Shown here piece after piece: positions 41,463 through 45,533 of a stretch of DNA of 45,533 nt. Every line of letters begins with the position of its first letter. The first letter of the stretch is position 1. The stretch lies in IMG/VR virus record IMGVR_UViG_3300021405_000002. The stretch is one strand, 5' to 3'. The stretch is from a virus. The translations under genes were made by a program, and so were the position numbers. The notes below the pieces were generated by a model. The model searched no databases, was not told where the DNA came from, and saw only the letters and a list, made by a program, of their open reading frames with translations.

Positions 41463-41825
41463 GTGGACATCCTCGATCGTCATGCCGACAAGTGGGAGCC
41501 TCTGACTGAGGTTGGATGCTACCTGTGGACGGGTGCCGTCGCGGGCGCTCCGGTTTTGCGTCCGCAAGTCACGATCGGGAGCATGGTCGATAGGACGCGC
41601 AGAACCGTGTATGTTTCACGGTTAGTTTGCGAAGAATTTCACGGACCGCCTCCGACGCCGCGGCATCAGGCTTTGCACAATACGCCGAATGGCTGCATTG
41701 GCGGCCTTTGTGTTGCGCCCCATCATTTGCGTTGGGGAACTAGTCGAGAAAATCACGCTGACGTTCATCCTCAAGCGCGCTCGGATCGCTCAAGGCGATC
41801 TTGGGTAAGTCGACGTCTGGTATAG
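41463..41825 (+). CDS. HNH endonuclease (second copy, HNH_3-like)
   Basis: GCYLWTGAV...RLVCEEFHG...ALHNTPNGCIGGLCVAPHHLRWGTSRENHAD. GTG start. Confidence 0.65.
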   Translation: MDILDRHADKWEPLTEVGCYLWTGAVAGAPVLRPQVTIGSMVDRTRRTVYVSRLVCEEFHGPPPTPRHQALHNTPNGCIGGLCVAPHHLRWGTSRENHADVHPQARSDRSRRSWVSRRLV

Positions 41826-44293
41826 ATATAACAAAAATGGAACGTATTTTCGCGTCTTTCAAGGATAGCTCAAGTCTAAACACCGGTTCATACGACCCTG
41901 GTGATCCGGAGTCCTATGAGCAATTCTTGAACGCGATGATTAAAGATGCTCGTGACTATGAAGGAATGGTATTAGCAGCTAACAGGGACTACGCGCAGAA
42001 GTATTATTACGGACTTTTACCTACACTGTACCCTGATGATAACCCATGGTCAGATACCACTATCGTTCAAGACCCAAACGCTACTTATGACCAATTCAAT
42101 AAGGATCAGGAAGACGCAGCAAATCGATCATCGTTCGTTTCAACCGATGTTCGTGATGCAATTATGCTTATGTTGCCGTCTTTAATTAGATTATTTGGTG
42201 CAAATGAAAGTCCAATCGAGCTTGTTCCAAGAAGCGCCGCTGAAAGCGACATGGCTCAACAGGCAACGCAATATGTAAACTATACATTTTGGAATGATAA
42301 CCCTGGTTTTCTCATTTTGTACGGTGCCTTTAAAGACGCAATGACGGTAAAAACCGGTTTTGTTAAGTGGTGGACCGACGATCGCAAGGAGATGCGTCGG
42401 AAGACCTTCATGGGCATCACAGCCCAGCAAATTCAACAGCTTCTGATCGAAGACCCAACCGCTAAGTTGATCGAGGTGGGCAATCCGACGCCAGGCGTCG
42501 CGGCTCCGCCGCCGCCAGCTGCGCCGCCGCCTCCACCAGGTCCGCCAGGAATGGCTCCAGGCGGCCCACAGATGGCTCAGGGCGGGCCTGGGCCAATTCC
42601 CGGTCCTCCACAGCCTCCTGGGGCTCCCCCGCCTCCAGGGGCCGTTTCTGGCCCGCCTGGAGGCCAGCCGCCCCTGCCGCCTGGCCTCGCCGGCGCGATC
42701 GCGCCGCCGGCCTTCGACCATGTGGTGATCGAATACCAGGTGGCGAAGCCGATTATCCGCATCACCGGCGTGCCTCCGGAGGAGATGCGGCTCGATCGTT
42801 ATGCGCGAACTTTTCGGGAAAGCCGGATCGTCGGGCATGAACGCGTCGCGCCGATCGATGAGCTCACCGCGATGGGCTACCAACGCGAAATGCTTCTCGA
42901 CTACGTGCAATCGCAGTCGATCGCGGAGTTCACGACCGAGCCGCAATTGCGCAATCCTGGCCGGATCATGTCGACCCGGGTTGGCGACGGGGTGATGTAC
43001 GGCGAGTGGTACATCCGCGCCGATCACGACGGCGACGGCTTTCCGGAACTCCGCCACGTCATCACGATGGGCGAGAACGCCACGCTGATTTCGGACGAGC
43101 CGGCGAACCGGATCAAGTTCGCCCTGTTTTCCGTAGACCCGATTAGCCACACGATCGTCGGGGATTCCATCGCGGATCTGACGATGGACATTCAGCGGAT
43201 CAAAACCAACCTCTCGCGCGCCATTCTCGACTCGGCCGCCGAGAGCATCAACCCGAAAACCGTCATCAACGAGCTCACGACCAACGTCGACGACGCTTTG
43301 AACGACGACTTAGGCGCGGTCATTCGGACGCGTGGGGATCCCAACGCCGCGGTCGCTTTCAACAACATCCCGTTTCTTGGTCAGGCGGCGATGCCAATCA
43401 TCGAATACCTGAACGACGTGCTCCAGCGTCGTACTGGGTTGTCCGATGCGGCAAAGGGCCTCGACCCGAAAGCACTTCAATCGTCCACGATGGTCGGCGT
43501 TGAAGCGATAATCAATGGGCAGCAAGAGCGCACTGAGCTTGTCGCGCGCGTACTCGCTGAGACGGGTTTCAAGGATTTGTTCAGCGGCTTGTTTAACGAG
43601 GTCTGTGAGAATCCCTCGCAGCAACGGACTCTGAAGGTCAACGGCAACTGGGTAGATTACGACACCTCGACGTTCGACGCCTCGATGGGGGTGGAAGTCA
43701 ACCCAACCCTCGGCAAAGGTTCTGACACCGTCAGACTGATGACATTGCAACAGATCAAGACAGATCAGCAAACGATCGTAGCGCAAATGGGCCTCAACAA
43801 CCCTGTTTGTGGCCTACAAGAGATGATGAATACGCAAACTGACATGTTGGCAATCGCCAACATTAAAAATGTGAACAGATATTTCAAGATGCCCAATCCG
43901 GTGCAGCTGCAAGCGATGCTCAGCGCGCCGAAAGAGCCCGACGCGATGACCTTGGCGGCCCAAGCCCAGTACCAAAAGGTGAAAGCCGACGCCGCGGAAG
44001 CCTTGGGCAATCAAAACCTCAAGAAAGCGCAGCAAGACCAAGACAATGCGCTCGCACAAGCGCAATTGCGCGAAAAGACACTCTACGACCAGGCGAAGAT
44101 TCAACTCGAGGCTGACGCGCTGCATGCTCAGCATGTCCAGGCGCTCGGCAAGATGGCGAGCGACATGTTCAAGACCGCGCACGACGGCGCGATCGACGTG
44201 CATCAGACGCACGTTCAGGCGGCCAGTGACCAGGCGGTCGCGGACACCCAGGCCGAAGCGGCCGCACAGCAACCGCAGGGAGGCGGAGCGTGA
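41801..44293 (+). CDS. Portal protein
   Basis: About 820 aa upstream of scaffold and capsid. FVSTDVRDAIMLMLPSLIRLF and QATQYVNYTFW motifs, plus a long Q/A-rich helical C-terminus (barrel-like). The start is either the TTG at 41801 or the ATG at 41837. Confidence 0.8.
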   Translation: MGKSTSGIDITKMERIFASFKDSSSLNTGSYDPGDPESYEQFLNAMIKDARDYEGMVLAANRDYAQKYYYGLLPTLYPDDNPWSDTTIVQDPNATYDQFNKDQEDAANRSSFVSTDVRDAIMLMLPSLIRLFGANESPIELVPRSAAESDMAQQATQYVNYTFWNDNPGFLILYGAFKDAMTVKTGFVKWWTDDRKEMRRKTFMGITAQQIQQLLIEDPTAKLIEVGNPTPGVAAPPPPAAPPPPPGPPGMAPGGPQMAQGGPGPIPGPPQPPGAPPPPGAVSGPPGGQPPLPPGLAGAIAPPAFDHVVIEYQVAKPIIRITGVPPEEMRLDRYARTFRESRIVGHERVAPIDELTAMGYQREMLLDYVQSQSIAEFTTEPQLRNPGRIMSTRVGDGVMYGEWYIRADHDGDGFPELRHVITMGENATLISDEPANRIKFALFSVDPISHTIVGDSIADLTMDIQRIKTNLSRAILDSAAESINPKTVINELTTNVDDALNDDLGAVIRTRGDPNAAVAFNNIPFLGQAAMPIIEYLNDVLQRRTGLSDAAKGLDPKALQSSTMVGVEAIINGQQERTELVARVLAETGFKDLFSGLFNEVCENPSQQRTLKVNGNWVDYDTSTFDASMGVEVNPTLGKGSDTVRLMTLQQIKTDQQTIVAQMGLNNPVCGLQEMMNTQTDMLAIANIKNVNRYFKMPNPVQLQAMLSAPKEPDAMTLAAQAQYQKVKADAAEALGNQNLKKAQQDQDNALAQAQLREKTLYDQAKIQLEADALHAQHVQALGKMASDMFKTAHDGAIDVHQTHVQAASDQAVADTQAEAAAQQPQGGGA

Positions 44294-44523
44294 ACGACAA
44301 GCGGGATTTTACTTTTGGTGAGCGTGCAGTTGGAATTACGTTTAATCCGAGCGCGTCTGGCGAGGTTGACGTGCTTAAAACGCGTGCCGGGAACTTTATC
44401 GACGCGTGCAATGATTTGCGCGAGGCGGCGACGAACCCCGAAGTCAAGCGCATGTACTCGATCGCGATCACCGAAGCGCAGACGGCGCAGATGTGGGCGG
44501 TGAAGGCGGCGACGTGGCGATGA
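44290..44523 (+). CDS. Small conserved phage protein of unknown function
   Basis: 77 aa with ATGA overlap to the portal gene. C-terminal helix AITEAQTAQMWAVKAAT resembles a motif common in small phage proteins. Confidence 0.55.
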   Translation: MNDKRDFTFGERAVGITFNPSASGEVDVLKTRAGNFIDACNDLREAATNPEVKRMYSIAITEAQTAQMWAVKAATWR

Positions 44524-44825
44524 CCGGCTTGCCGAACATCGATCCGACACAGACCGACACGCGGGCGAACGACACGCAAGCGAAGCGCGAGCTTTTCCTC
44601 GAGGCGAACGATCTCCTCAACGAAAAAGGCGTCTTCATGCTCGCGGTTCGAGCGCTTCGCATTCGTTGGTATGGCGAATGGCTGGACGCGACCGAGCGCG
44701 ACAAGGAACGCGATCTGAAGGCCAAGTTGAAGGTGCTCGACGCGGTGCCGGCGGAAATTAAACGCTTCGTGAGCGATTACAGCATGGCGTTGGATAGACA
44801 GGCGAAGAATGCCCGAAGGCCTTGA
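44520..44825 (+). CDS. Hypothetical protein
   Basis: The ATG at 44520 overlaps the upstream stop (ATGA). 101 aa. Confidence 0.5.
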   Translation: MTGLPNIDPTQTDTRANDTQAKRELFLEANDLLNEKGVFMLAVRALRIRWYGEWLDATERDKERDLKAKLKVLDAVPAEIKRFVSDYSMALDRQAKNARRP

Positions 44826-45533
44826 TAGCGCCGCGCAAGCGTTTGAGCGCGCGATCGATCCGGCTCAGACGCAGAGCGAGGGAACGCCGCGCGCGCCCGC
44901 GCCGCGGGATACGAGCGGCCGTTTCGCCCAGGTCGCGGAGAAGCCCGAACCATTTCTCGAGATCCGGACGATCGAAGGCGATCCGGAGACGGGAGACACG
45001 AACGACGCGGGAGACGATCCTCGCCTCCGTGCTCGAGAGAGGGAGATAGCCGATGGTCGGTTTGACGAGAGGGCGCACCGCGAAAGTCAATCACGCGCCC
45101 GACAAGCGCCCACCGAAACTGAAAGGCAGAGTGGCGAACGACGTAGCCCCGACGCCCCGGTCAGCGATGATGCCGCCGCCGACGATGGACACTTGCGAGC
45201 CGATGATGAGTCGCAAGACGCCGAAGCCGACGCCGCCGGCGATGAAGAGAGTGAAGACGGCGATCTCGAAAACGCCCAGTTCGAAATCACGGTCGACGGC
45301 GAGCCTCAAACCGTATCGCTAGGCGAGCTCCGTGACGGCTACATTCGGACGGCGACGTTCCATTCGCGGCTGAACAAGGTCAACGAGCACAAGCAAGCGG
45401 TCGACCAGGAGAACGCGCGCGTCGCTCAGATGCGCGATATTTACATCCAAGGACTGACCAACCTCGATCAGGATCTCCAGGCGCTCGTGCCGCCTGAGCC
45501 AGATTGGGACAAGGAATACGAAAAGGATCCGCT
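44809..45533 (+). CDS. Scaffolding protein, 5' part (continues at 3..617 after the junction)
   Basis: Hand translation from the ATG at 44809 (MPEGLDSAAQAFERAID...) stays open to the window end and joins the frame of 24..617. It is not in the ORF track because no stop lies inside the window end. Confidence 0.6.
   Translation, partial: MPEGLDSAAQAFERAIDPAQTQSEGTPRAPAPRDTSGRFAQVAEKPEPFLEIRTIEGDPETGDTNDAGDDPRLRAREREIADGRFDERAHRESQSRARQAPTETERQSGERRSPDAPVSDDAAADDGHLRADDESQDAEADAAGDEESEDGDLENAQFEITVDGEPQTVSLGELRDGYIRTATFHSRLNKVNEHKQAVDQENARVAQMRDIYIQGLTNLDQDLQALVPPEPDWDKEYEKDP
45407..45533. repeat. Terminal overlap, identical to 1-127
   Basis: Direct comparison. Confidence 0.95.

Overview
This window is a complete, circularly assembled tailed-phage genome. 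Bases 1-127 repeat exactly at 45407-45533, so the unique length is 45,406 bp. It is high-GC and has a podovirus/P22-like morphogenesis gene order. The rightward arm runs from 37134 through the assembly junction to 17444. In order it carries an HNH endonuclease, TerS, TerL and an accessory island between terminase and portal. The island holds an RHH regulator, a Pro/Gly-rich 'GLP'-repeat protein, a signal-peptide plus PEP-CTERM protein, a Cys-containing small protein and a second HNH. Next come the portal, two small ORFs, a scaffold gene that spans the junction, the major capsid and a lysis cassette (muramidase plus two membrane proteins). The tail module follows: adaptor, two paralogous tail fibres, a collar-domain fibre, a tail hub, a Gln-rich needle-like protein with an S74 chaperone domain, and ejection proteins, one with two peptidoglycan-hydrolase domains. 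The leftward arm (36852 down to 17432) holds about 45 tightly packed early genes, many chained by ATGA/GTGA/TTGA stop-start overlaps. Recognisable products are an HhH-GPD glycosylase-like protein, a primase/SF3 helicase, a DpdA-like (TGT-family) DNA transglycosylase coupled to an NPPY methyltransferase, a 319-aa protein ending in the bacterial SSB tip DDDIPF, a VRR-NUC-like nuclease, HTH regulators and an SNF2 helicase. I found no DNA polymerase, RNA polymerase, integrase, tRNA, rRNA or CRISPR array. The most interesting items are: the compact DpdA/micro-ORF/methyltransferase module in a genome with no recognisable deazaguanine-precursor genes; the HhH-GPD-like first early gene; the non-OB SSB-tail protein; a long imperfect inverted repeat in an AT-rich intergenic gap; the operator-dense divergent control region; and the PEP-CTERM accessory island. 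All calls come from reading the sequence and remembering family motifs. No database search was run.
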